Shown one piece after another: positions 29,702-39,893 of a stretch of 64,000 nucleotides of DNA. The notes under the pieces were generated by a model. The model had not been told where the DNA came from and ran no database searches. It saw nothing but the letters and a program-made list of their open reading frames with translations. A program made the translations under genes and the position numbers. Numbering within the stretch: position 1 is the stretch's first letter; each line of letters begins with the position of its first letter. This stretch comes from Candidatus Pacebacteria bacterium CG_4_10_14_3_um_filter_34_15 (GTDB lineage Bacteria > Patescibacteriota > Microgenomatia > UBA1400 > PJMF01), in assembly GCA_002783105.1 (NCBI GenBank), contig PFJN01000016.1, positions 15,034 to 79,033 on the forward strand. Reading direction: 5' to 3'.

Positions 29702-30898
29702 ATGGCAGACGCAAAAAAATTTATACGTGATAAAAAGCACGTAAACATCGGTACAATTGGTCACGTTGATCATGGAAAAACTACTCTTACTGCAGCTATT
29801 GCTACAACATTATCGGTAAAAGTTCCAAGTGACATCAACAAAGCAATGGGCTACTTAGACATTGATAATGCTCCAGAAGAAGCAGCTCGTGGTGTGACAA
29901 TTAACATTTCACATATCGAGTACGAAACTAAAAAGAGACATTACGCTCACATTGACGCTCCAGGACATGCTGATTATATTAAAAACATGATTACTGGTGC
30001 CGCTCAAATGGACGGTGCAATTTTAGTTGTTGCTGCTACAGATGGTCCTATGCCTCAAACACATGAGCATATTTTGTTAGCAAAACAAGTTAACGTTCCA
30101 AACCTAGTTGTTGCCTTAAACAAATGTGATATGGTTGATGATGCAGAGCTTTTGGACTTAGTCGAAATGGAAGTCAGAGAATTACTTACCAAACATGGTT
30201 TTGATGGTGAGAATGCTCCAGTTCACAGAGTTAGTGCTCTTAAAGCTTTAGAGGGTGATGATGCGGAACAAATGAAGATTATGGCCCTCATGGATTCAGT
30301 CGATACATTTATTCCAGATCCAGTTAGAGAATTAGACAAACCTTTCTTAATGCCTGTTGAAGATGTTTTTTCAATCAAAGGTAGAGGAACAGTTGTTACT
30401 GGACGTATTGAGTCTGGTATTGTTAAAATTGGTGATGAAGTCGAGATCGCAGGTATTAAAGATACTAAGAAATCAACTGTCACTGGAGTCGAAATGTTCC
30501 GTAAAATGCTTGACCAAGGTGAAGCAGGAGACAATGTTGGTATTCTTTTAAGAGGTGTTGGCAAAGATGACGTCGAAAGAGGTCAAGTTTTGGCAAAACC
30601 AGGTACAGCAAGTGTTCACACTGAGTTTGAAGCTGAAGTTTACATTTTGACCAAAGAAGAGGGTGGCAGACATAAGCCTTTCTTCACAGGTTATAGACCA
30701 CAGTTTTATATCAGAACCACTGATGTAACAGGTGAAATCAAGCTTCCTGAGGGTGTTGAAATGGTTATGCCTGGAGACAATGCAAAAATGCATGTCAAGC
30801 TAATCGTTCCAGTTGTTGCCTCTGAAGGATTACGTTTTGCAATTCGTGAGGGTGGACACACAATTGGTGCTGGTGCAATTACCAAGATTACCAAGTAA
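29702..30898 (+). CDS. tuf: elongation factor Tu
   Basis: It carries [18 protein letters not shown] and NKCD and is 398 aa. The RBS is AGGAGG. Confidence 0.97.
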   Translation: MADAKKFIRDKKHVNIGTIGHVDHGKTTLTAAIATTLSVKVPSDINKAMGYLDIDNAPEEAARGVTINISHIEYETKKRHYAHIDAPGHADYIKNMITGAAQMDGAILVVAATDGPMPQTHEHILLAKQVNVPNLVVALNKCDMVDDAELLDLVEMEVRELLTKHGFDGENAPVHRVSALKALEGDDAEQMKIMALMDSVDTFIPDPVRELDKPFLMPVEDVFSIKGRGTVVTGRIESGIVKIGDEVEIAGIKDTKKSTVTGVEMFRKMLDQGEAGDNVGILLRGVGKDDVERGQVLAKPGTASVHTEFEAEVYILTKEEGGRHKPFFTGYRPQFYIRTTDVTGEIKLPEGVEMVMPGDNAKMHVKLIVPVVASEGLRFAIREGGHTIGAGAITKITK

Positions 30899-30916
30899 AA
30901 TATTATTGAGATTAGG

Positions 30917-30947
30917 CTTCACCCCGCACTTAACATGCGGGGTGAAA
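30917..30947 (+). terminator. GC-rich hairpin downstream of tuf (likely str-operon terminator)
   Basis: An 11-bp perfect stem, ttcaccccgca paired with tgcggggtgaa, encloses a 7-nt loop. It is a striking GC-rich structure in AT-rich DNA, but no clear T-run follows. Confidence 0.5.
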
Positions 30948-30987
30948 AGTTTAGAGGGCAAAAACGAGAGAAAGAAGAAATTGGGGT

Positions 30988-31015
30988 TTACTTCTTGAGG
31001 AATTTTATGTATAAT
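30988..31015 (+). promoter_or_regulatory. candidate promoter for S10 operon (TTTACT-16-TATAAT)
   Basis: The -35-like TTTACT at 30988-30993 is separated by a 16-nt spacer from TATAAT at 31010-31015, about 60 nt upstream of rpsJ. Confidence 0.35.
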
Positions 31016-31076
31016 CTCGTCCTATGGTTTAATCACCATGAAGAAATTAAAAAGTAATTAAGTAAGTTGTTTTAAA

Positions 31077-31409
31077 ATGGCTAAACTAGATCAAAAAGCA
31101 AAAGCTGGATATAAAATTCGCGTAAGACTAAAATCATACGATCATCGTGTTATAGACAGTGCAAGTCAAAAGATTTTAGAAACAGCACTTTCTACTGGCG
31201 CAAAGGTTGTTGGTCCAGTACCACTACCTTCTCATAAAAGAGAATTTGCAGTGCTAGCATCTCCTCATTCTGACAAGAATGCTCAAGAGCACTACCACAT
31301 TAAAACACACAAGAGATTGATAGACATTGTCAATCCAACAAGCAAGACTATAGATTCTTTGATGCATTTGGAACTCCCAGCCGGAGTCTCAATTCAAATT
31401 AAGATGTAG
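31077..31409 (+). CDS. rpsJ: 30S ribosomal protein S10
   Basis: The translation is [25 protein letters not shown].., 110 aa. Confidence 0.9.
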   Translation: MAKLDQKAKAGYKIRVRLKSYDHRVIDSASQKILETALSTGAKVVGPVPLPSHKREFAVLASPHSDKNAQEHYHIKTHKRLIDIVNPTSKTIDSLMHLELPAGVSIQIKM

Positions 31410-31495
31410 TAATAAATATAAGGAGATAAAGTTGCGATTAAATTTAAGCAACCTTAGATTAATTAGAAGAAATAATTTATATAGATTTAATTGGT

Positions 31496-32278
31496 ATGAT
31501 ACTAGATATTTTTGCTACCAAAACAGGAATGACACAAGCTTGGACCAAAGCAGGCAAGCGCTTGGCTGTAACTCGCTGTAAAATTTTGGATATGCCCATA
31601 ATTGGTAAGCAAGATATTGAAGTATTAGATAAAAATTCACAAATTAGAGAAACTCTTACTTGCTCAATCTTAGAAGTAGGATTTGGTAAGAAAAAACTTA
31701 AAAACATGAGCAAACCACTCCGGACCAAAATGGAAAAGAGTGGTTTTTCTTTTGGGGTTAAAAACATTAGAGGAGTTAGAGCATCAAATGACAAAATGAA
31801 ACCATCAGTCGATGAGGAGTTTAAAATTGGCGATAGTATTAATATTAACCAAGTTTTAGAAGTTGGAGATGTTGTCAAAGTTCAAGGTATTAGTAAAGGA
31901 AGAGGTTTTGCTGGTGGAATAAAACGACATGGTTTCCACGGCGGTCCTAAAACTCATGGTCAATCTGACAGAGCACGTGCTGTTGGTTCTATTGGTTCGG
32001 GAACAACTCCGGGTAGAGTTTGGTTAGGCAAAAAAATGCCTGGTCATTATGGAGTAGAAGCAAAGTCAGTTTTAAATTTGGTAATTTTACATATTGATAA
32101 AGAGAATAATGAAGTTTGGATCAGTGGTCCGATCCCTGGTTCTATGATGTCAGATATTAGAATTTCAAAAGTTGGTAAAAAAAAGAAAATTGAGATTGAT
32201 TACAAAGCTTCAAATATTGAAATCAAAACAGTTGTTCCTGGAAAAGAAGAGGTTATTACAGAAGAGGTTATAGCATAA
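31496..32278 (+). CDS. rplC: 50S ribosomal protein L3 (long form, ~50 aa longer than typical)
   Basis: The translation reads MILDIFATKTGMTQAW...GISKGRGFAGGIKRHGFHGGPKTHGQSDR. Confidence 0.9.
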   Translation: MILDIFATKTGMTQAWTKAGKRLAVTRCKILDMPIIGKQDIEVLDKNSQIRETLTCSILEVGFGKKKLKNMSKPLRTKMEKSGFSFGVKNIRGVRASNDKMKPSVDEEFKIGDSININQVLEVGDVVKVQGISKGRGFAGGIKRHGFHGGPKTHGQSDRARAVGSIGSGTTPGRVWLGKKMPGHYGVEAKSVLNLVILHIDKENNEVWISGPIPGSMMSDIRISKVGKKKKIEIDYKASNIEIKTVVPGKEEVITEEVIA

Positions 32279-32280
32279 TC

Positions 32281-32913
32281 ATGAAAATCAAAAGTATTAC
32301 GCCAACCAATAAACTTTCAACAATCACAGTTAGTGATGAAATTTTTGGTTCAAAAACTAATGATCAACTTTTAAGTCAAGCAATTAGAGTTTACCTTTCA
32401 AACAAAAGACAAGGTACAAGCAAAGTTAAAACCAGAGGTGAGGTTACTGGATCAAGAAGAAAAATTTGGAAACAAAAAGGAACAGGTAATGCTCGTCATG
32501 GTGCAAAATCAGCTCCAATTTTTGTAGGTGGCGGTGTCGCTCATGGTCCTACAGGGTTGGAAAACTGGACTTTAAAACTTTCGAAGCATATGAAGAAAAA
32601 AGCTTTAATAATAGCACTTAGTTTGCAATCAGAAAACATTTTTGTTACAGATAATTTAGCTGATTTTGATGGAAAAACAAAAACTGCTGCCAAACTTTTG
32701 AAGGACTTAAATATTTTTGGAAAAAGAGTTTTATTAGCTACTGATGGTAATAATGAATTGATTAGAAGAGCATTCGGCAACATTCAAAAAGTTAATGTTA
32801 TGGAGGGTTCATTAGTTAATGCCCTAGACGTTGCTTCATCTGATGCAATTATTTTTAGCAAAGATGCAGTGAAATCTTTAGAAAAAAGATTGATGAAGAA
32901 AGTTAAATCATGA
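32281..32913 (+). CDS. rplD: 50S ribosomal protein L4
   Basis: It contains QKGTGNARHGAKSAPIFVGGGVAHGP. Confidence 0.9.
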   Translation: MKIKSITPTNKLSTITVSDEIFGSKTNDQLLSQAIRVYLSNKRQGTSKVKTRGEVTGSRRKIWKQKGTGNARHGAKSAPIFVGGGVAHGPTGLENWTLKLSKHMKKKALIIALSLQSENIFVTDNLADFDGKTKTAAKLLKDLNIFGKRVLLATDGNNELIRRAFGNIQKVNVMEGSLVNALDVASSDAIIFSKDAVKSLEKRLMKKVKS

Positions 32914-33206
32914 ATCCTTATATAGTTGTTAAACCAGTTATAACTGAAAAGTCATTAAGACTTGCAAACACCGAAAATACATATGTGTTTGAAGTTCAAA
33001 TGACCTCAAATAAAAACCAAATCAAAGAAGCAATTGAAAAATTGTTTGAAGTCAAGGTTGAAAAAATTCGTACTATTGTCAATCAAAGAGAATTAAAGCG
33101 AACTGGTAAAAAGAGAATGACAGTTAAACTCGGAAAAACTAAGAAAGCTTTAGTTACTCTAATTTCAGGTCAATCTATAGATTTATTTGATACATCAGAA
33201 AAATAA
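32910..33206 (+). CDS. rplW: 50S ribosomal protein L23
   Basis: It is 98 aa, matches the L23 pattern, and overlaps the rplD stop by 4 nt. Confidence 0.88.
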   Translation: MNPYIVVKPVITEKSLRLANTENTYVFEVQMTSNKNQIKEAIEKLFEVKVEKIRTIVNQRELKRTGKKRMTVKLGKTKKALVTLISGQSIDLFDTSEK

Positions 33207-33212
33207 AATATA

Positions 33213-34046
33213 ATGTTAATAACACAAAAACCAACTAGCAGCGGAAGAAGACATCAAATAAATATTGATCGCTCCGAGTTACATAAGGGCAAACCAGAAA
33301 AGTCTTTATTGGAATCTGGTCATAAAAAGCGTCAAGGAAGAGGTTTTCTAGGTCATATTATAGTTAGACATAGAGGTGCTGGTGTTAAGAAAAAATTACG
33401 TATTATTGATTGGAAACGTAAAAATCGTGATATTGAAGGTACAGTGATTAGATTAGAATATGATCCAATGAGAAGTTCTCATTTAGCGCTTATCTACTAC
33501 AAAGATGGTAGTAAAGGCTATATTTTAGCTCCTCAAGGATTAGCTGCAGGAGATATAATTCTTGCAGGAGAAAAAGCAGAAGTGAAAGTTGGCAATGCTT
33601 TGCCATTAAAAAATATCCCAATTGGAATGTTTATTCATAATCTTGAAATTAGAGCTGGCAAAGGTGCTCAAATGGTTCGTGGAGCAGGCACGGCGGCTAT
33701 TATTCAGTCTAAAGAGGGAAAGTATGTAACTATTCAACTTCCATCTAAAGAGCTCAGATTGCTCAATGCAGAATGTTACGCTACAATTGGCCAAATCGGA
33801 AATCAAGATTGGAAGAACAGAAAGATTGGTAAAGCAGGTAGAAAACGCTTAATGGGTATTAGACCAACAGTTCGTGGTACAGCCCAACATCCAGATAGTC
33901 ATCCACATGGTGGTGGTGAAGGCAGATCAGGAGTTGGTATGAAGTATCCAAAAACACCATGGGGTAAGCATGCGCTTGGTAAAAAGACTAGAAAGAAAAA
34001 TCATAGAACTAATAAATGGATAATTAGAGATAGAAGAGTTAAATAG
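33213..34046 (+). CDS. rplB: 50S ribosomal protein L2
   Basis: It contains GTAQHPDSHPHGGGEGRS and is 277 aa. Confidence 0.93.
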   Translation: MLITQKPTSSGRRHQINIDRSELHKGKPEKSLLESGHKKRQGRGFLGHIIVRHRGAGVKKKLRIIDWKRKNRDIEGTVIRLEYDPMRSSHLALIYYKDGSKGYILAPQGLAAGDIILAGEKAEVKVGNALPLKNIPIGMFIHNLEIRAGKGAQMVRGAGTAAIIQSKEGKYVTIQLPSKELRLLNAECYATIGQIGNQDWKNRKIGKAGRKRLMGIRPTVRGTAQHPDSHPHGGGEGRSGVGMKYPKTPWGKHALGKKTRKKNHRTNKWIIRDRRVK

Positions 34047-34055
34047 GAAAAAATT

Positions 34056-34340
34056 ATGTCAAGATCAAGCAAAAAAGGACCATTCATTGACCCAAAACTT
34101 TTAAAGAAAGTCTTGGTTCAAAAGGCTTCTGGAGATAAAGCACCAATTAAAACCTGGAGTAGAGCTTGTGTTGTCTCGCCTGATTTTGTCGGTCACACTT
34201 TTTTGGTTCATCAGGGTAAAAATTTCGTTGAAGTTTTTGTTAACGAAAGTATGGTTGGACACAAGTTGGGAGAGTTTGCTCCAACCCGTACATTTAGAGG
34301 TCACGGTAAGATTGTTAAACGTACTTTAACCAAAACTTAA
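34056..34340 (+). CDS. rpsS: 30S ribosomal protein S19
   Basis: It contains [38 protein letters not shown]. Confidence 0.93.
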   Translation: MSRSSKKGPFIDPKLLKKVLVQKASGDKAPIKTWSRACVVSPDFVGHTFLVHQGKNFVEVFVNESMVGHKLGEFAPTRTFRGHGKIVKRTLTKT

Positions 34341-34359
34341 GGTTTATAAAATAATTAAA

Positions 34360-34896
34360 ATGATAATTAAAGCAACACAAAAAAATACCAGACAAACAGC
34401 AAGAAAAGTTAGATTAGTAGCTAACCAAATTAAGAAGTTACCTTTAATGGACGCTATCAATCAATTGGCTGTTATTGAGAAGAAATCAACATTAGTTCTC
34501 TTGAAAGTAGTTAGACAAGCAATTGCCAATGCTATTCACAATCATGGATTTACTTTAGAAGATCTAACTATTAAAGCTATCACAGTTATTCCAGCGCCTC
34601 AACTCAAAAGGTTTAGAGCTGTCAGTAGAGGTCGAGCACACACAATAGTTAAAAGAACTTGTCATATTACTGTTGAGTTAGAAGCTGCAGAATCTAAAAA
34701 TACTGTACCAGCTTCTAAGAAAATTGTACCAGCTGTTAAAAAAGTAACAAAAACAAAAAAAACTGAGGTTGATACAAAAGTTTCAACCCCAACCAGAAAA
34801 ATGCCAACTGAAAAGGTAGTTAGAAAAATAATTGCAACTCAAAAGATCTTAACAAAGGCTAGTAATACAAAACAGAAAAAGGGACAAGCAAAATAA
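34360..34896 (+). CDS. rplV: 50S ribosomal protein L22 with C-terminal K/T-rich extension
   Basis: An L22 core at aa 1-110 is followed by a roughly 65-aa basic tail. Confidence 0.88.
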   Translation: MIIKATQKNTRQTARKVRLVANQIKKLPLMDAINQLAVIEKKSTLVLLKVVRQAIANAIHNHGFTLEDLTIKAITVIPAPQLKRFRAVSRGRAHTIVKRTCHITVELEAAESKNTVPASKKIVPAVKKVTKTKKTEVDTKVSTPTRKMPTEKVVRKIIATQKILTKASNTKQKKGQAK

Positions 34897-34980
34897 TTAT
34901 AGAAGTAGTATAATGCACAGTCTGGAATTAAGACTAAAATAATTAATCGATGATACCCTAAAGGGTATGAATATAAAAAT

Positions 34981-35631
34981 ATGGGACAAAAAGTACATCC
35001 AACTGGCTTCAGAATAGGCTCAACATTTAGTTGGAAGTCTCGTTGGTTTGCAGATCCTAAAGATTATTCAGATAGAGTAATTGAAGACTACAAAGTTAGA
35101 AAATTTTTAAATGATAAGCTGATCAGTGCTGGAGTGACAAATGTAGAAATCGAGAGATCTTTAAAAGCAATTAAAGTGGTATTATTTGTTTCTCGTCCTG
35201 GTGTTGTCATCGGTAAAGGTGGAACAAATCTCGAAGTAATTAAAAAGGAAATCGAGAGAATCTTAAACGTTTCAAAATTACAAAAAGATAAAGTTAAAAT
35301 TGATTTAAGAGTCGAAGAAGTTAGAAAACCAGATTTAAGTTCTAAATTAGTTGCAGAAAGAATTGTAGCTCAATTAATTAAACGATTCCCACACAGAAGA
35401 GCTGTCATGCAAGCATTGGAAAAAACTATGCAAGCTGGCGCAAAAGGAATAAAAATTCAACTTTCTGGAAGAATTAACGGAGCTGAAATTGGAAGAACTG
35501 AAAAATATTTTCAAGGGTCAGTTCCAACTCAGACAATCAGAGCTAATATTGATTATTTCCAAGTACCAGCTAGAACTCGTTCTGGGTATGTTGGAATAAA
35601 GGTATGGATTTATAAAGGTGAGGTAGTCTAA
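34981..35631 (+). CDS. rpsC: 30S ribosomal protein S3
   Basis: The translation begins MGQKVHPTGFRIGSTFSWKSRWFA.. and contains KH-domain GKGG. Confidence 0.93.
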   Translation: MGQKVHPTGFRIGSTFSWKSRWFADPKDYSDRVIEDYKVRKFLNDKLISAGVTNVEIERSLKAIKVVLFVSRPGVVIGKGGTNLEVIKKEIERILNVSKLQKDKVKIDLRVEEVRKPDLSSKLVAERIVAQLIKRFPHRRAVMQALEKTMQAGAKGIKIQLSGRINGAEIGRTEKYFQGSVPTQTIRANIDYFQVPARTRSGYVGIKVWIYKGEVV

Positions 35632-35634
35632 GAT

Positions 35635-36039
35635 ATGCTACAACCAAAAAAAGAAAAACACCGTAAACAATTTAGAGGAAAAATGAGAGGAACAGCTCAA
35701 CGTGGTACAGACGTTTCTTTTGGTGAATTCGGATTACAAGCAACCTCAAGAGGTTGGGTATCCGCTAGACAAATTGAGGCAGCTAGAAAAAAAATCACTT
35801 TTATGACTAAAAGAGATGGTAAGTACTGGGTTAGAGTTTTCCCACACAAGCCAATTACTAGTAAGCCAGTTGGAGTAAAAATGGGTTCTGGTAAAGGTGC
35901 AGTTAAGGAACACGTTGCAGTTGTGAGACCAGGATCAGTACTATTTGAATTAAGTGGTGTTTCAGAAGAAACAGCCCGTTTGGCTTTCGTCAAAGCTGGA
36001 CACAAGTTATCAGTAAAAACAGCATTTGTTAAAAAATAA
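35635..36039 (+). CDS. rplP: 50S ribosomal protein L16
   Basis: The translation [19 protein letters not shown].. is the L16 signature. Confidence 0.93.
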   Translation: MLQPKKEKHRKQFRGKMRGTAQRGTDVSFGEFGLQATSRGWVSARQIEAARKKITFMTKRDGKYWVRVFPHKPITSKPVGVKMGSGKGAVKEHVAVVRPGSVLFELSGVSEETARLAFVKAGHKLSVKTAFVKK

Positions 36040-36058
36040 TTAAACCCTAAAGGGATAA

Positions 36059-36250
36059 ATGAGAACTAACGATATAAAAGCACTACATGATAAAACGATC
36101 GAAGAACTTAATCTTCAGCTCGAAGTATTGTTAGTCTTATTGGCAAAATCAAGATTGCAAAAAAGAGCAGGCAAGTTAAAAAATACCCACATCTGCTTGT
36201 TGGCAGATGATGTTGCTAGAGTTAAGAGTGTAATAGGAAATAAATCATGA
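36059..36250 (+). CDS. rpmC: 50S ribosomal protein L29
   Basis: It is 63 aa, at the expected position between rplP and rpsQ. Confidence 0.8.
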   Translation: MRTNDIKALHDKTIEELNLQLEVLLVLLAKSRLQKRAGKLKNTHICLLADDVARVKSVIGNKS

Positions 36251-36486
36251 AATCTATAAATGGCACTGTTGAATCATTGAAGTCTACCAAAACTGCAAAA
36301 GTCAGAGTTGTTAGATTGTGGCAACATCCTTTATACCTAAAGTCTGTTAAACGTACAAAATCATATGCTTGTCATTATGAGGGTATTGATTTTGAAGTTG
36401 GTGATGAAGTTGTTATTGAGGCTTCAAGACCAATTAGTAAAACAAAGAAGTTTAAAATAGTTTCAAAAATTGGAGGAGCCAAGTAA
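36247..36486 (+). CDS. rpsQ: 30S ribosomal protein S17
   Basis: It is 79 aa with the S17 pattern (GTVESLKSTKTAKVRVVR..HPLYLK). Confidence 0.88.
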   Translation: MKSINGTVESLKSTKTAKVRVVRLWQHPLYLKSVKRTKSYACHYEGIDFEVGDEVVIEASRPISKTKKFKIVSKIGGAK

Positions 36487-36860
36487 TGATCCAATTAAGA
36501 TCTATTCTACAAATTGCTGATAATTCAGGTGCAAAAAGAATCAGAGTTATTCAGGTTCATGGTGGATCAAGAAAAAGATTTGGGGTTGTTGGTGATATAG
36601 TTGCTGCTTCTGTAATAGTTTCAGACGCAACTGGATCAATTAAAAAAGGTGAGGTTGTTAAAGCAGTTATTGTTAGAACCAGAAAAGAAGTTAGAAGAAA
36701 TTCTGGAGAGTATGTAAGATTTGATGATAACGCAGCAGTTATTATTGAATCAAGAGCAAACCCAATTCCAGTTGGAACTCGTGTTTTTGGACCAATCGCA
36801 AGAGAAGTTAAGAACAGAGGTTTCAATAAGATAGCAAGTTTAGCACAAGAGGTTTTATAG
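36486..36860 (+). CDS. rplN: 50S ribosomal protein L14
   Basis: The translation begins MIQLRSILQIADNSGAK.. and is 124 aa. Confidence 0.93.
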   Translation: MIQLRSILQIADNSGAKRIRVIQVHGGSRKRFGVVGDIVAASVIVSDATGSIKKGEVVKAVIVRTRKEVRRNSGEYVRFDDNAAVIIESRANPIPVGTRVFGPIAREVKNRGFNKIASLAQEVL

Positions 36861-36889
36861 GCTAATTATTGTACCCTGAAAGGGCAAAA

Positions 36890-37210
36890 GTGAAATTTAA
36901 ACTTAATGACAAAGTACTAATAACTGCAGGAAAAGATAAGGGAATATCTGGAGTTATTAAAAAGGTTTATCCAAAACTAAATAAAGTTTTGGTTGAAGGT
37001 GCAAACAAATATACCAAGCATATTAAACCAGTAAGTGGCAGAGCAGGAGATAAAATTAAGGTTGAGAGACCGCTCCACACTGCAAGTATCGCTATTCTTA
37101 ATGACAAGGGTGTAGCAGACAGAGTTGGATTTAAAGTTGCTAAAGATGGTACAAAATCAAGATTTTTTAAGAAAACAGGAAAAATCATAACAGAAAAAGG
37201 GCACAAATGA
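36890..37210 (+). CDS. rplX: 50S ribosomal protein L24
   Basis: A GTG start at 36890 gives MKFKLNDKVLITAGKDKG.., the canonical L24 N-terminus. The track's TTG at 36869 is in frame but adds 7 unlikely residues and spans the upstream hairpin. Confidence 0.85.
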   Translation: MKFKLNDKVLITAGKDKGISGVIKKVYPKLNKVLVEGANKYTKHIKPVSGRAGDKIKVERPLHTASIAILNDKGVADRVGFKVAKDGTKSRFFKKTGKIITEKGHK

Positions 37211-37758
37211 AATTAAAACAATTATACATTAGCAAAATTTTGCCAGAACTTAAAAAGGAGTTTAAGTTAACTAATGATTTTGAAGTTCCAAAATTAGAAA
37301 AAATTATTGTTAACATTGGTGTTGCAGATCCTCAAGATCCAAAGGCTAGAAAAGTGGCAATTGCTAATATCGTTGAGCAATTTGCTACCATCACAGGACA
37401 ACAGCCAGTTGTTACTTTGGCTCATAAATCCATTGCCAACTTTAAATTAAGAGTAGGCGATCCTTTGGGAGTTAAAGTAACACTGCGAGGAAAAAGAATG
37501 TGGGGATTTCTTGAGAAACTAATCTCAGTCGCATTACCTCGTGTTAAAGATTTCAGAGGAGTTTCAAAGACTGCTTTTGATCATGCAGGTAATTATAGTA
37601 TGGGAGTGGAAGAACAAATCATCTTTCCAGAAATTAATTACGATAAAATAGAACGTATAAGAAGTTTCCAAATAGTATTAGTAACTTCAGCTAAAACAGA
37701 CGAAAAGGCTTTCAGAATGTTAGAATTATTTGGAATGCCTTTCGAGAAAAAGGAATAA
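37207..37758 (+). CDS. rplE: 50S ribosomal protein L5
   Basis: It is 183 aa with the L5 pattern (..NIGVADPQDPKA..). Confidence 0.92.
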   Translation: MKLKQLYISKILPELKKEFKLTNDFEVPKLEKIIVNIGVADPQDPKARKVAIANIVEQFATITGQQPVVTLAHKSIANFKLRVGDPLGVKVTLRGKRMWGFLEKLISVALPRVKDFRGVSKTAFDHAGNYSMGVEEQIIFPEINYDKIERIRSFQIVLVTSAKTDEKAFRMLELFGMPFEKKE

Positions 37759-37763
37759 TTTAA

Positions 37764-37994
37764 ATGGCTAAAAAATCAAAAGTTGCAAAATCAAAAAAAT
37801 TATTGGCACTAAGAGAATCCTTGAGAAAATCAGGAGTCAAAAAAGTCAATAAAGTTTTAACCAGAGGAGTAAACCGTTGTAAAATAACTGGTCGTCCTAG
37901 AGGTTATATGAGATTTTTTGGTTTAAGTAGATTAACATTTAGAGAGTTAGCTTCAAAAGGAGAATTACCTGGAGTAGTTAAATCAAGTAAGTAA
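37764..37994 (+). CDS. rpsN: 30S ribosomal protein S14 (short, single-Cys variant)
   Basis: It is 76 aa with [19 protein letters not shown]. Confidence 0.85.
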   Translation: MAKKSKVAKSKKLLALRESLRKSGVKKVNKVLTRGVNRCKITGRPRGYMRFFGLSRLTFRELASKGELPGVVKSSK

Positions 37995-38001
37995 AAACAT
38001 T

Positions 38002-38394
38002 ATGACAACCGATCCAATATCAGATATCATCATCAGAATAAAGAACGCATATATGGCTCGCCATTCTAAAGTTGAAGTTCCTTATTCAAAAATGAAGAAG
38101 GCTGTCGCAGATATTCTTTTGAAAGAAGGATATGTTAGTGAGGTCGGTATGAAAGAAAGTAAGCCATTTAATTATTTGGTTATAACATTAAAATACATTG
38201 GAAAATTACCAGCAGTAAATGATGTTAAGAGATTATCTAAACCAGGAAGAAGATTATACGCACCAGTAAGCAAATTACCAAAAACTTTAGGTGGCTATGG
38301 AATTACTATTGTTTCTACAAGCAAAGGTGTCATGACTGACAAAGAAGCTCGTAAAGCAAATTTGGGAGGAGAACTTCTTTGCCAAGTTTGGTAA
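38002..38394 (+). CDS. rpsH: 30S ribosomal protein S8
   Basis: It has DPISDIIIRIKNAY at the N-terminus and is 130 aa. Confidence 0.92.
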   Translation: MTTDPISDIIIRIKNAYMARHSKVEVPYSKMKKAVADILLKEGYVSEVGMKESKPFNYLVITLKYIGKLPAVNDVKRLSKPGRRLYAPVSKLPKTLGGYGITIVSTSKGVMTDKEARKANLGGELLCQVW

Positions 38395-38408
38395 AAGGTT
38401 AAATATAT

Positions 38409-38945
38409 ATGTCAAGAATTGGAAGAAAATCTATCACATTGCCGGCGGGAGTAACAGCTACCGTTACTAATAATATTGTTGAGGTAAGAGGTCCTAAAGG
38501 TCAACTTAAAGTTTTGTGCTTACCTAATATTACAGTTGTAGTTAAAGATGGCGAAATTCTTGTTGAAAGAAAAAGTGAAGATAAACAAACTCGTTCTTTT
38601 CATGGCCTAATTAGAAGTTTAATTCAAAATAATGTTTTGGGTGTTACAGAAAATTACAAAAAAACTTTAAAGTTAGTTGGAACAGGCTATAGAGCAAAAG
38701 CTCAGGGAGCAAACGTTTTTTTAGCAGTTGGGTATTCTCACCCAGTTGAAGTTAAAGCAGTTAATGGAGTATCTATTAAAGTTGAAGGAAATGACACTAT
38801 CATTATAGAAGGAATTGACAAACAAGCAGTTGGTCAATTAGCAGCAGACATCAGAAAGATCAGACCACCAGAGCCTTATAAGGGCAAAGGTATCAGATAT
38901 GAAAATGAAACTGTTATTAGAAAACAAGGAAAGGCAGCAGCATAA
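38409..38945 (+). CDS. rplF: 50S ribosomal protein L6
   Basis: The translation begins MSRIGRKSITLPAGVTATV.. and is 178 aa. Confidence 0.92.
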   Translation: MSRIGRKSITLPAGVTATVTNNIVEVRGPKGQLKVLCLPNITVVVKDGEILVERKSEDKQTRSFHGLIRSLIQNNVLGVTENYKKTLKLVGTGYRAKAQGANVFLAVGYSHPVEVKAVNGVSIKVEGNDTIIIEGIDKQAVGQLAADIRKIRPPEPYKGKGIRYENETVIRKQGKAAA

Positions 38946-39316
38946 TGCCAAAAATTAGTCATTACACTACCAAATCAGATAGCAGAAAAATTAGAGTTCG
39001 TTCCAAAATCTTTGGTACTGCTGAAAGACCAAGATTGACAGTTTATCGTGCCAACAAGTATTCTTACATTCAAATAATTGATGATGTAAAAGAAGTAACA
39101 TTATTAACAATGAGTGACATGAAGATCAGAAAAGCAGTTAAGAAAACAGACAAACTTACCAAAACAGAGTCTGCTATCAAAGCCACAGAAGAATTGCTAG
39201 TCAAGATGAAAAAAGCAAAGATTACCGCTGTAGTTTTTGATAGAGGTCAATATAAATATCATGGTAGAGTCAAGGCAATCGCCGAAGCTTTAAGAAATGG
39301 TGGAATAAAGGTATAA
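38945..39316 (+). CDS. rplR: 50S ribosomal protein L18
   Basis: It is 123 aa and contains RPRLTVYRANKYSYIQIIDD. Confidence 0.9.
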   Translation: MPKISHYTTKSDSRKIRVRSKIFGTAERPRLTVYRANKYSYIQIIDDVKEVTLLTMSDMKIRKAVKKTDKLTKTESAIKATEELLVKMKKAKITAVVFDRGQYKYHGRVKAIAEALRNGGIKV

Positions 39317-39319
39317 AAC

Positions 39320-39889
39320 ATGAATCAACGACCAAGCACAAACAAACATTCTGGCAATAACGAACCAAAAGAATTCGAAGAGAAGGTTATTAGAATTTCT
39401 CGAGTTTCAAAAAAAACCAAAGGTGGAAACAATGTAGGTTTTTCCGTTCTAATGGTTGTTGGCGATAAAAAAGGAAGAGTTGGAGTGGGTTTGGGAAAAG
39501 CTAAAGACGTTATTGGTGCTATTAAAAAAGGCATTAAAAAAGCTAAAAAGAAAATGATTACAGTTCCTCTTGACGGTACTACTATTCCATTTCCAATCAC
39601 TGTTAAAAAAGGTGCCGGAATTGTTATGTTGAAGCCAGCTCCCAAAGGTTCTGGAGTTATTGCAGGTGGACCAGTTCGTGCAGTTGTAGAAGCAGCTGGA
39701 GTTAGAGATATCTCAAGTAAAATCCTTGGATCTGAGAACCAAGCTTCTAGTGTTTATGCAACTTTTGAAGCTTTAACTGAAATTCAAAAAATTGTTGAGT
39801 TAAAGGGAATCAAGTTAAAATCTATTGCTCAGGTTGAAGCAGAAGAAGCAGAGAAAATTAAAAAAATTCAAGAACAAGCAAAGAAATAA
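39320..39889 (+). CDS. rpsE: 30S ribosomal protein S5 with acidic/lysine C-terminal extension
   Basis: The S5 core (..VIRISRVSKKTKGGN..) is followed by a roughly 30-aa EAEEAEKIKKIQEQAKK tail. Confidence 0.9.
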   Translation: MNQRPSTNKHSGNNEPKEFEEKVIRISRVSKKTKGGNNVGFSVLMVVGDKKGRVGVGLGKAKDVIGAIKKGIKKAKKKMITVPLDGTTIPFPITVKKGAGIVMLKPAPKGSGVIAGGPVRAVVEAAGVRDISSKILGSENQASSVYATFEALTEIQKIVELKGIKLKSIAQVEAEEAEKIKKIQEQAKK

Positions 39890-39893
39890 TATC

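Noticed and set aside
27315-30894. Multiple 60-113-aa antisense ORFs within rpsG, fusA and tuf
   Set aside because: They are antisense to highly conserved translation genes and show no motifs. They are shadow ORFs typical of AT-rich DNA.
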